Made by a program: the position numbers and the translations under genes. A DNA stretch of 63,859 bases, the filler included, from Chiloscyllium plagiosum (lineage: Eukaryota), in assembly GCF_004010195.1 (NCBI RefSeq). It is 3 parts of one record of this genome, joined end to end, with 100 filler letters (N's around TTAATTAATTAA, not from the genome) between each part and the next. Parts side by side here need not be neighbours in the genome. Positions count along the whole stretch, not along the records: positions 52,296 to 63,859 come from NC_057711.1; 2 more parts are not named here. The stretch is one strand, 5' to 3'. The notes under the pieces were generated by a model. It worked only from the letters and a program-made list of their open reading frames with translations, was not told where the DNA came from and did no database searches. How positions within the stretch are numbered: position 1 is the stretch's first letter; every line of letters starts with the position of its first letter. This document shows, piece after piece, positions 52,815-63,859 of the stretch.

Positions 52815-52955
52815 TTAGATTAGATTAGATTAGATTACAGTGTGGAAACAGGCCCTTCGGCCCAACAAGTCCACACCGACCCGCCGAAGCGAAACCCACC
52901 CATACCCCTACATTTACCCCTTACCTAACACTACGGGCAATTTAGTATGGCCAAT
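52815..52955 (-). mobile_element. 5'-truncated HE1-type SINE
   Basis: (AGATT)n followed by the reverse complement of the SINE tail. Confidence 0.88.
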
Positions 52956-53217
52956 GTAATGAGCAAAGGTAAAAGAAAGGGAAGGAATGGAATTTAATTC
53001 ACAATTTGAAGGTATTGAACACAATACTGAGCTCAGAAGCCTGTAAAGTGCCTAGTTTGAAGATGAGCTGTTACTCTTGCAGTTTTCATTGTGATTCACT
53101 GAAGCATTGCAGCATATTGAGGACAATTGGGCATGTGAGTTAACGTGTGTTAAAGTGACTGGCTACAGGCAAGTCTACCCCTGACTTGCTTTCTCTTTTG
53201 TGTCTCTGTCATACTCT

Positions 53218-54620
53218 ACATAGAACATAGAAAATTACAGCACAGAACAGCCCTTTGGCCTACAATGTTGTACCAAGGATTAATCCTAATCCAAAATAAA
53301 ATAATCTTAACTCAATTCACTGGTGTCCATGGGCACATCCAGCAGTCGCTTAAATGTCCCTAATGACTCTGCTTTCATCACCACTGCTGGCAATGCATTC
53401 CATGCATTCACAACTCTCTGTGTAAAGAACCTACCTCTGATGTCTCCTTTATAACTTGCTCCTAACACCTTAAAACTATGACCCCTTGTGGCAGTCAATT
53501 CTGCCCTGGGGAAAAGTTTCTGGCTATTGACTCTATCCATGCCTCCCATTACCTTGTACACCTCGATCAGGTCACCTCTCTTCCTCATTCTCTCCAGAGA
53601 GAAAAGTCTGAGCTTAGTCAAACTCTCTTCCTAAGACAAGCCCTCCAGTCCAGGCAGCATCCTGGTAAACCTCCTTTGCACCCTCTCCAAAGTCTCCACA
53701 TCTTTCCTATAATAGGCCGACCAGAACTGGACACAATACTCTAAGTGTGGTCTCACCAGGGTTTTGTAGAGCTGCAGCAAAACCTCACGGCTCTTAAACC
53801 TGATCCTCCTATTAATGAAAGCTAAAACGCCATATGCTTTCTTATCAACCCTATTCACTTGGGTGGCAACTTTGAAGGATCTATGCACTTGAATACCAAG
53901 ATCCTGCTGTTCCTCCACACTGCCAAAATCCTGTCTTTAATCCTATATTCAGCATTCAAGTTTGACCTTCAAAAATGGACACTTTGCATTTATCCAGGTT
54001 GAACTCCATCTGCCATTTCTCAGCCCAGCTCTGCATCCTGTCAATGTCACGCTGCAGCCTGCAATAGCCCTCGATACTATCAACAGCACCCCCAACCTTT
54101 GTGTCATTGGCAAGTTTACTAACCCACCCCTCAACCTCCTCATCCAAGTCATTTATAAAAACTACAAAGAGCAGAGGCCCAAAAACAGCCTGCAGGACAC
54201 CACTCAGCACTGACCTCCAGGCAGAATACTTTCCAACTACAATCACTCTCTGCCTTCTGTCAGCCAACCAATTCTGAATCCAGAGAGCCCAATCTCCCTG
54301 TATCCCATACCTCCTGAATTTCTGAATGAGCCTACTGTGGAGAACCTTAACAAATGCCTTGCTGAAGTCCACACACACCACATCCTCTGTCCAGCCTTCG
54401 TCAACCTGTGAGATCACTTCCTCAAAGAACTCAGCAAGATTTGTGAGGCATGATCTGCCCCCTCACAAAGCCATGCTGACTGTTTTTAATCACTCTATGC
54501 TTTTCCAAATAGTTGAAAATCCTATCCGTCAGAATTCTTTTGAAATCCTTGCTGATCACAGATATAAGACTGATTGGTTTGTAAATGCAAGGGATTTCCC
54601 TATTCCCCTTCTTGAAAAGA
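53218..54620 (-). mobile_element. CR1 LINE RT to 3' end
   Basis: DFSKAFVKV, FINDLD, WQMEFN, LVRPHLEYCVQFWS, GDLIEVYK. Confidence 0.95.
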
Positions 54621-54952
54621 GTCTATTGAATTCCCCAACAAAGTGTTAAACTGCATCGCTTGTTTGCCTGTAGCAAGTTACTGCAGTCATAGAATCAGAG
54701 TAATAGAGATGTACAGCATGGAAACAGACTCTTTGGTCCAGCTAGTCCACACTGATCAGAAATCCTAATCTAATCTCCTCCCATTTGCCAGTACTTAGCC
54801 CACATCCCTTTAAACCCTTCCTATTCATATACCCATCCAGATGCCTCTTAAATTTTGTTACATTTTTAAATCTGTTTCTCTGCAATACTATATCCCTGTA
54901 AAACCTATTGGGTTTCTCCACTATTTTGCAGGGTTTTCCCACTGTTTTAATA

Positions 54953-55484
54953 GGAGAAAGTGAGGACTGTGGATGCTGGAGATCAGAGCTGAAAATGTGT
55001 TGCTGGAAAAGCGCAGCAGGTCAGGCAGCATCCAAGGAGCAGGAGAATCGATGTTTCGGGCATGAGCCCTTCTTCAGGAAACCTTCTTCAGGAAATCCTG
55101 AAGAAGGGCTCATGCCCGAACGATTCTCCTGCTTTTTGGATGCTGCCTGGCCTGCTGCGTTTTTCCAGCACCACACTTTTGAACTCTGGTCTCCAGCATC
55201 CGCAGTCCTCACTTTCTCCTAGAAGAGTTTAACCTACTGCGAATCCTCTTGCAAGGATGCCTTCCTTGAAGAAGCTCTCTTTCTCCCTCTACAAGGATTT
55301 CAGTGAGTCCCTCTCTCACTGCACACCCCAGGTCATCTCCTCTGCCCAGAAGCTCTTCAGCCATGTTCTCAAACAGATTCACTATCACAGCCACATCTCC
55401 TTCCTCAGTACCTGCCTACGGAACCGACTGACCCCGCATGGACTCCTTCCTGAAGAAGGGCTCATGCCCGAAACGTCGATTCTC
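54953..55484. mobile_element. Composite PLE family B insertion: inverted pLTR pair + ORF N-terminus + extra hammerhead
   Basis: 54953-55078 is the reverse complement of 55097-55220; HSHISFLSTCLRNRLTPHGL N-terminal motif; TSD CCCACTGTTTTAATA / CCCACTATTTTAATA. Confidence 0.9.
55446..55482 (+). ncRNA. Minimal hammerhead ribozyme motif (family B)
   Basis: CTGAAGA-A-GGGC TCAT GCCC-GAA ACGT C. Confidence 0.8.
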
Positions 55485-56154
55485 CCACTATTTTAATAAA
55501 CAAAATTGTTTACTGACTTATTTTAGGGGTTCTCTGCATTCTGGAGTGAAGATGAAGTTTTCACACCGGTTCTTGCTTAAAATGGATATTTTCCTGACTC
55601 TCATGGTGGAAAGCACCAAGCCCTTTCTTCTGCATCAATTTTGAAATAAATTTTTATTTTATTCATCCATGGGATTGAATTCATTGGCTGGGTCAGTGGT
55701 TATTATTGATCCCTAGTTGTCCTTGAGAAGGCGATGCTGAGCTGCCTTCTTAAACAGCTGCAGATGCTTTTAGGGAGGGAATTCCAGGATCTTGACCCAG
55801 CGGCACTGAAGGAATGGGAATATATTTCCAGGTCAGGATGGTGAGAGGCTTGGGGAGGGATCTTGATTTTGGTGGTGCTCCCATGTATCTGCTGTCCTTG
55901 TTCTTCTAGATGGAAGTGGTCATGGGATTGGAAGGTGCTGGCTGAGGATCCTCAGTGAATGTTTTGCAGTGCATCTTATGAATGTTACATGCGACCACCA
56001 TAACCAGGTATAATATGAATATTGTTTAATCCTAGGAGATGTGGTGAATGATGGGGCCTTCAGGAGTGCAGTGGGACCTTGGAGTTCAGGTCCATGGTTC
56101 TCTGAAAATGGAGTCACAGGTAGACAGGGCAGTTAAGAAGGCTTTTAAGAAGGA

Positions 56155-56421
56155 TATGGAAGTGCCGGGTGTTGGACGAGTGTGGACAGAGTCAAAAATC
56201 CCTTAACACTGGGTTATAGTCCAACAGGTTTATTTGAAACCGCAAGCTTTTGGAGCTGAGGAAGCAACCAGGGCTCTGAAAGCCATCCCATATTCCCAAT
56301 TCCTTCGCCTCCGCTGCATCTGCTCCCAGGAGGACCAATTCCATTACCGAACAACCCAGATGGCCTCCTTCTTCAAATAAACCTGTTGGACTATAACCCA
56401 GTGTCAAGAGATTTTTGACTT
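56155..56421 (-). mobile_element. Family A fold-back with a captured family-B-type RT fragment, inserted in a CR1 (~56060-56660)
   Basis: Arms 56190-56238 and 56372-56420; the loop encodes AIPYSQFLRLRCICSQED. Confidence 0.85.
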
Positions 56422-56667
56422 CATCAGTCAGGGCACTGGGTATAGAAGTTGGGAACTTATGTTGCAGTTGTACTGGACATTGGTGAGGCTGCACTTGGAG
56501 CTAATCAGTTTGGGTCACCTTGCTCCAGGAAGGATGTTATTAAACTTGAAACAGTGCAGAGGACATTTACAAGGATGTTGTCAGGACTCAAGGGTCTGAG
56601 GTACAGGGGAGGTTGGATAAACTAGCACCTTTTTTCTTTACAGCATAGGAGACTGGGGCGGCAGTGG

Positions 56668-56943
56668 NNNNNNNNNNNNNNNNNNNNNNNNNNNNNNNNN
56701 NNNNNNNNNNNNNNNNNNNNNNNNNNNNNNNNNNNNNNNNNNNNNNNNNNNNNNNNNNNNNNNNNNNNNNNNNNNNNNNNNNNNNNNNNNNNNNNNNNNN
56801 NNNNNNNNNNNNNNNNNNNNNNNNNNNNNNNNNNNNNNNNNNNNNNNNNNNNNNNNNNNNNNNNNNNNNNNNNNNNNNNNNNNNNNNNNNNNNNNNNNNN
56901 NNNNNNNNNNNNNNNNNNNNNNNNNNNNNNNNNNNNNNNNNNN
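56668..56943. other. 276-N assembly gap
   Basis: Run of N. Confidence 0.99.
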
Positions 56944-57790
56944 CACGGGGCGGTTGGGTTGGTTGGTGCAGGTGTCCCAGAGGTGTTCCCTGAAACATTC
57001 CGCAAGTAGGTGGCCTGTCTCCTCAATGTAGAGGAGACCACATCGGGTGCAGCGGATACAGTAAATGATGTGTGTGGAGTTTGTGATGAATTTGTGAGGG
57101 ATATGGAAGGATCCATTGGGGCCTTGGAGGGAAGTGAGGGGGGAGGTGTGGGCGCAAGTTTTCCACTTCTTGCGGTTGCGGGGGAAGGTGCCGGGAGTGG
57201 AAGTAGGGTTGGTGGGGGGTGTGGACCTGACGAGGGAGTGGTCTCTCTGGAACGCTGATAGGGGTTGGGAGGGAAATATATCCCTGGTGGTTGGGTCTGT
57301 TTGGAGGTGGCGGAAAAGACGGAGGATGATACGATGTATCCGGAGGTTGGTGGGGTGGAAGGTGAGGACCAGTGGGGTTCTGTCCTGGTGGCGATTGGAG
57401 GGCGGGGTCCAAGTCCTGGTGGCAATTGGTACCTAGATTACACCTCCTCCCACCCTGCCCCCTGTAAAAACGCCATCCCATATTCCCAATTCCTTCGACT
57501 CCGCTGCATCTGCTCCCAGGAGGACCATTCCAAAACCGTACAACCCAGATGGCCTCCTTCTTCAAAGACCACAATTTTCACTCCGACGTGGTCGACGATG
57601 CTCTCCACCGCATCTCCTCCACTTCCCGCTCCTCCGCCCTTGATTTCCCCCCCCCTCCAATCGCCACCAGGACAGAACCCCACTGGTCCTCACCTTCCAC
57701 CCCACCAACCTCCGGATACATCCTATCATCCTCCGTCATTTCCGCCATCTCCAAACAGACCCCATCACTAGGGATATATTTCCCTCCCCA
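56944..57790. mobile_element. PLE RT-thumb/GIY-YIG region with internal inversion (minus 56944-57410, plus 57430-57790)
   Basis: YLDYTSSHPAPCKNAIPYSQFLRLRCICS on plus; the same downstream sequence recurs on minus. Confidence 0.9.
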
Positions 57791-57860
57791 AGTACACTTT
57801 TCAACTCTAGAAGGATGTGGGCCAAGTGCAGGGAAATAGGGTTAGCGTGGATAAACATTT

Positions 57861-58138
57861 TGATTAGATTAGATTCCCTCCAGTGTAGAAACAGGTCCTT
57901 TGGCCCAACCAGTCCACACTGACCCTCTGAAGAGTAACCCACCCAGACCCATTTCTCTCTGATTAATGCACCTAACACTGTGGGCAATTTAGCATGGCCA
58001 ATTCACCTAACCTGCACATCTTTGGACTGTGGGAGGAAACCGGAGCACCCGGAGGAAACCCACGCAGACACGGGGAGAATGTGCAAACTCCACACAGTCA
58101 GTCACCCGAGGCTGGAACCACTGAGCCACCGTGCCGCC
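57861..58138 (-). mobile_element. Full-length HE1-type SINE
   Basis: Reverse complement begins GGCGGCACGGTGGCTCAGTGG. Confidence 0.92.
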
Positions 58139-59399
58139 TCAAATTTGGTTGGTGTCAACCAGTTCGGGCTAAGGGGCCTGTTTCCACACAGTAGGACTCT
58201 ATGACTCTATGTTTCATGAGTGGAGGACATCCTCAAGTTCCTTACAGCCACTGAGGTATACACTGAACTGTAATGTTATGCAGTAGGGAACTTGTAGACA
58301 GTAACCTTAGACAGTCACTTCCTACAAATAACAATGTGTGACTGGTCAGTTAATTTCCTTCATAATTATGTTGGTTGAAGGAGATTGCCAAGGACACTAG
58401 AGAGAACGCCCATGCTTTACAGGAACACCATCTGTTCTGCACAGTAGCCCTGATCCTCTGATGCTAGCAGCTGTGTGTAAAATATCATTGGACAGCTCAG
58501 CAACGGGGCTGTAATTCCAGACACAATCCTAAGAGCCTCCCCTCCTGCTGACTGCCACTTCTCATTGGCAGCGGGATGCTTTCTGAATTTTCTTGAATGT
58601 GCACAGACACGTGAAGACTCGTTGAAGTAATCAGAGGAGATTTTCCTCCACATTCCTTATTCATAATGCCCTGCTTCTGCATGTAGTGTTCTTTGGGATG
58701 TTCCATAGTATGAAAGGTTACATGTAAAGCTGCACTATTGCAGTAATTGCTGCTGTCAGAGCCTTGAAGAGTGAATGAAATTAGTTTCAGCTGATCAGTC
58801 ACATGCTCCATTTTATCACTGCTGTTATCATCAGATTGGGCCATTAAAGCCACATCATGTTATCTTTTCCCAGACTCTGATAAGATGGAACATTGCTCAC
58901 TGTCTTTTAGCACCCTGCATTAGCTGAGGGTCAGATCAAATGAGCATCGATATTGGATTTTGCTTCAAAGACAAAAACAGAAATTGCTCGAGAATCTCAG
59001 GGGTTCTGGCAACATCGGTGGAGAGAAAGCAGAGTTAAGATTTTGCCTCCAGTAACTTTCTTCAGAGCTGCAGAAGTTTCTTGGCTTCAAAGGCTGATTC
59101 ATCACACATGAGAAGGTACTTAATAGACTCTGATCTACATACAGCCTGCGGCAAAGGCATCTGGGGCAGTGGAGAGAGAATGTGTCTCTCAGCTAGAAGC
59201 TCAGTCTTTGACTCCCACACTGTAACTTGATGGTTAAGGAAAATGTGCTCATGATGCAGCCAAGCACATATAAGAGGTGGTAAGCATGGGAGAAATTCTG
59301 GATGTGTCATGTGATTAAAAAAGCTTTGGAGGGAGCATGCACTGTCACTATAGAAACAGAGAAATTAGGAGCAACATTTGCTCCTCGGCCTTTCAATCC

Positions 59400-61580
59400 T
59401 GCTAAGGGAGTATGAACAGTTTGGAACGAAATTTTAAAAAAAAAACAAAAAGCTAATCATCTCTGGATTATTACCTGACCCACAAGCTAATTGGCACAGG
59501 GTCAATAAGATTAAGCAAGTAAATGCGTGGTTCAAAGATTTATATGGGAGAAATGGGTTTGAATTCATGGGACACTGGTACCACAACTGGGGAAGAAGGG
59601 ACTTCTTCCGATGGGATGGTCTTCACCTGAATTATGCTGGGACCTGAGTCCTAGCGAATCACATAACTACAGCTATAGACAGGGCTTTCAACTAAATGGT
59701 GGGGGGGAAGGGATCATTTAGCGGAGAAATTAGGAAAATCAAATTAAAAGAGGAGGTAAGAGTGCAGGTTAGTGATATAGTGGATGTTACCAGACAGTAA
59801 AGGTGAAGGACAGAACAGGTGAATATGCCCCAAGGAATTACTAAAAAGTAGGGAAGTTTCTCAGAGGGGCAAATTTAAAAGCATTGTATCTAAATGCACA
59901 AAACATTCCAAATAAAGTGGATGAACTAATCATGTAAACGGATGTGATACAACTGGGATTTCGGAGACATGGCTGGAAGGTTGACCAGGAATGGGAACTG
60001 AATGTCCCAGGGTGTTGAGTATTTCGGAAGGACAGGCAAAATGGAAGAAGTGGTGGAGCGGTATTCGTGGTTAAAGAGGAAATTAACACAATAGTGAGAA
60101 AAGGCATTAGCTCTGACAATGTGGAGTCTATATGGGTTGGGTTGAAAAATACAAAGGGGCAAAAAAACGTTAGTGGGTGTTATATATAGACCCCCAAACT
60201 GCAGGGGTGATTTTGGGAATGGCATTGAACAGGAAATTAGAGATGAATGTGATGCAGGAATATTGGTGATCATGGATGATTTTAATCTGCACAGAGATTG
60301 GGCAAAGTAAATTATCCACAATGCCGTAGAGGAGTGTATACTTTTCTTGATTAAAATGTAGAGGAGCCAACTAGAGAGCAGGCTATCTTGGACTGGGTAC
60401 TGTGTAATGAGAAGGGAATCATTGCCAGTCTAGATATCTGAGATCCCTTCGGGATGAGGGGCCATAACATGGCAGAATTTTTTTTATCAAGTTGGAGAGT
60501 GCGATTGTTGATTTAGAGACTAGAATGCCAAATCTTAATAAAGGAAACTATGAAGATTTGAGGCATGAGTTGGCCTTGATAGATTGAGGAGAGTTACTTA
60601 AAGGGATGACAGCGGATAGTCAATGACAACCATTCAAAGAATGCATGAGGGAACTGTAACAACTGTTCATCCCTGTCCAGCACAAAAGCAAAATGGATAA
60701 GAGGGCCAATCCATGGGTTGCAAAAGAAATTAGAGATAGTACCCAATCAAAGGGAGAAGCATACAGATTGGCCAAGAAAAATAATAGGTCTGGGGATTGG
60801 AAGCAGTTTAGAATTCTTCAAGGAAGGACAAAGGCATTGATAAAGAAGGGGAAATACATTATGAAAGTAAGCTTGCAAGGAAAATAAAGATGACACTAAA
60901 ACTTTTGAGAGGTATGTGAAGGGAAAGAGATTGGTGAAGACAAACATAGGTCCCCTACAGACAGAAATGAGAGAATGCATAATAAGGGACAAAGAAATGA
61001 CTGTGCAACTGAATACACACTTTGGTCTGTCTTCACAAAAGTCAACACAAATCAGATAGCAGAAATGTTGGCAAATGCAAGGTTTAGTGAGACGGAAGAA
61101 CTGAGGGAAGATCAATATTAGTAGAGAAATGGTGTTGGGAAAACTGATTCGGTTAGGATTGTTTTTGCTGGAGTTCAGACAAATGAGGGGTAGCTCTCAT
61201 AGAGACTATAAAATTCTAACAGGACTACATAGGGAAGATGCAGGGGGGATGTTCCTGATGGGGGTATGTCCAGAACCAGGGGTCACAGTCTGAGGATTCA
61301 GGGTAGACCACTTTGGACGAAAATGAGGAGACATTTCTTCACCCAAAGAGTGGTGAGCCCATGGAATTCATTACCACAGGAAGTAGTTGATGCCAAAACA
61401 CTGAATGTATTCAAGAGGTGGAAAGATATAGCTCTTGGGATGAATGGAATCAAATGTCATGGGGAAAAAGCAGGCTTCGGCTACTTAGTTGGATGATCAG
61501 CCATGATTGATGAAATGGTGGAGCAGGCTCAAAGGGCCGAATGGCCTCCTCCTGCTCCTATCTTCTATGTTTCTGTGATT
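59400..61580 (+). mobile_element. Long decayed CR1: ORF1 esterase C-terminus, ORF2 endonuclease, then deletion to the 3' end
   Basis: IISGLLP..NAW..GFEFMGHW..WDGLHLN (59455-59645); LYLNAQNI.NKVDEL, GVIYRPP; FFTQRVVSPWNSLPQEVV. Confidence 0.9.
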
Positions 61581-61884
61581 CTATGATCATGGCTAATCAT
61601 CCAACTTCGTACTCTGTTTTCTCCCCATATTCCTTTAACCTTAAGGACTACTATTTAATATACTTTTGAAAAAAAAACACCTTTTGGCCTCAAACATCTT
61701 ATGTAACAGAGAATTCCACAGGCTCAGCACTCTCTGGGTGAAGAAATCTTTCCTCGTCTGAGTTCTGAATGGCCCACCCTGTACATTTTATACTGTGACC
61801 TCAAACATTGGGAACATCCTTCCTGCATTTCCCCTGTCATTCTAACGAGGTTCCAATGAGATCCCTCCTCATCCTTCTAAATGG

Positions 61885-63100
61885 TAAGAAAAGTGAAGTC
61901 ACACGGATTCAGGGTGAACTGGCAAGATGGATACCGAACTGGCTTAGCCATAGGAGACAGAGGGTAGTGGAGGAAGGATGCTTTTCGGAATGGAGGGCTG
62001 TGACTAGTGGTGTTCCACAGGAATCAGTGCTGGGACCTCTGCTGTTCATGGTCTACATGAAAGGCTTGGAAGAAAACATAGCTGGTATGATTAGTAAGTT
62101 TGCAGATGGTGCAAAGATTTGTGGAGTTGCAGATAGTGAGGAAGATTGTCAAAGGATACAGCAGGATAGAGATCAGGTGGAGGCATGGGCAGAAAACTGG
62201 CAGATGGAGTTTAATACGGACAAATGTGTGGTAGTGCATTTTGAAACTACAGGTGTAATCTACACAGTGAATGGCAGCAGCCTTCGGAGTATTGGTGTGC
62301 AGAGGGATCTGGGTGTGCAGGTCCACAGATCGCTAAAGGTGGCAGGCGCAGGTAGGTAAGGTAGTAAAAAAGGCTTATGGAATGCTTACCTCATGGGGAG
62401 GGGCATTGAGGTTAAGGATAGACAAGTTATGTTGCAGTTTTATAGAATGGCAGCAGCCTTCGGAGTATTGATATGCAGAGGGATCTGGGTGTGCAGGTCC
62501 ACAGATCACTGAAGGTGGCAGGCGCAGGTAGGTAAGGTAGTAAAAAAGGCTTATGGAATGCTTACCTCCTGGGGAGGGGCATTGAGGTTAAGGATAGACA
62601 AGTTATGTTGCAGTTTTATAGAACTTTAGTCAGGCCACACTTGGAATATTTATGTACAGTTCTGGTCACCACACTAACAGAAGGACGTGGATGCTTTGGA
62701 GAAGGTACAGAAAAGGTTTACTAGGATGTTGCCTGGCATGGGGTATTTTACTTTTGAAGAAAGGTTAGATAGACTTGGCTTGTTTTAACTGGAATGCCGG
62801 AGGTTGATGGGAGACCTAATTGAAGTTTATATGATTCTCTATGCCATGGATAGAGTGGGAAGTGTGAGGCTTTTTCCTGGAGTGGAGGGGTCAATTATGA
62901 GCAAATATGGGTTTCAAGGTGCGAGAGGGAAAGTTTAAAAGAGATGTGAGAGGCATGTTTTTCACACAAAGGGACATGCTGCCAGAGGAGGTGGTGGAAC
63001 CAGGCACAATAGCAGCATTCAAGAAGCAAACGGATGAATATGTGAATAGGAAGGGAATAGAGGGATACAGATCCTGTAAGTGAAGACGATTTTAGTATGA
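61885..63100 (+). mobile_element. CR1 RT to 3' end with a 176-bp tandem duplication
   Basis: SGVPQESVLGP, SKFADG, WQMEFN; 62269-62444 repeated at 62445-62620. Confidence 0.93.
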
Positions 63101-63600
63101 CCAAAAGACCACAAGACATAGGAGCAGAAATTAGGCCATTCAGCCCATTCAGTCTGCCTCATCATTCAATCATGGCTGTTACATTTCTCAACCCCATTCT
63201 ACTGCTTTCTCCCTGTAGCCCTTGATCCCCTTGATATTCAAGAATCAATCTATCTCTGTCTTAAATATACTCAATGACCTGGCCTCCACCCACCTTCTGT
63301 GGCAATGAATTTCATAGATTTACCACTCTTTGGGTGAAGAAGTTTCTCCTTATCTCCGTTCTAGAAGGTCTTCCCTTCACTCAAAGACTATGCCCTTGGA
63401 TTCTAGTCGTCTACCAATGGAAACATCTTCCCAGCATCTACTCTGTCCAGGCCATTCAGTATTCTGTATGTTTCAATTAGATCCCTACTCATCCTTCTAA
63501 ACTCCATTGAGTATAGAACCAGAATCCTGTAACATTCCTCATATGTTAAGCTGTTCAATTTTGGGACTATTCTCGTGAATCTCCTCTGAACACACTCCAG
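63100..63600 (-). mobile_element. CR1 3' end
   Basis: Reverse complement of the CR1 C-terminus and 3'UTR. Confidence 0.88.
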
Positions 63601-63859
63601 GCACCGACCTTTACACCGCTGAAGCTAAACGCCAGCTCGCGGACACCTCCTCCTACTGCCCCCTTGACCATGACCCCACCTCCCACCACCAAACCATCAT
63701 CTCCCAGACCATCCATAACCTCATCACCTCAGGAGATCTCCCTTCCACCTCCTCCAACCTCACTGTCCCACAACCCCGCACTGCCTATTTCTACCTCCTG
63801 CCCAAAATCCACAAACCTGACTGCCCCGGCCGACCCATTGTCTCAGCCTGCTCCTGCCC
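63601..63859 (+). mobile_element. Young PLE RT N-terminal fragment running off the window
   Basis: Open frame EAKRQLADTSSYCPLDHDPT..FYLLPKIHKPDCPGRPIVSACSC. Confidence 0.92.

Noticed and set aside
56622..57425. Longest ORF (267 aa) and overlapping ORFs
   Set aside because: They span 276 N and are alternative frames of a PLE.
1..63859. V(D)J recombination signals or Ig/TCR segments
   Set aside because: Scattered CACAGTG heptamers occur, but I saw none with a correctly spaced nonamer and no V or J coding motifs (checked by eye, not exhaustively).

Overview
A repeat-saturated vertebrate genomic window, almost certainly from a cartilaginous fish (shark). This is inferred from HE1-type and Deu-domain SINEs, CR1 LINEs with (TTCTATG)n/(AATCT)n tails, and a tandem repeat I recognise from shark genomes. 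Most of it is nested, decayed retroelements: CR1 LINEs, Rex1 and L2 remnants, three tRNA-derived SINE families, two solo LTRs and many Penelope-like elements (PLEs). The only well-supported host coding feature is one minus-strand exon (8171-8084) encoding a start codon and signal peptide. The most striking structure is the PLE system. At least three pLTR families carry minimal hammerhead-ribozyme motifs and occur as short fold-back or solo insertions with repeated ~12-bp target-site duplications (TSDs). Several truncation or inversion breakpoints fall at the 5' edge of the hammerhead, and one fold-back has captured a fragment of a different PLE family. Two retroposon 5' junctions appear to be filled with copies of nearby DNA. 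There is also an unexplained structured tandem repeat (11.1-11.7 kb) and an E-box/Ets-IRF motif cluster (37.0-37.3 kb). Two assembly gaps contain an artificial TTAATTAATTAA linker. All alignments were done by eye, and boundaries of old repeats are approximate.
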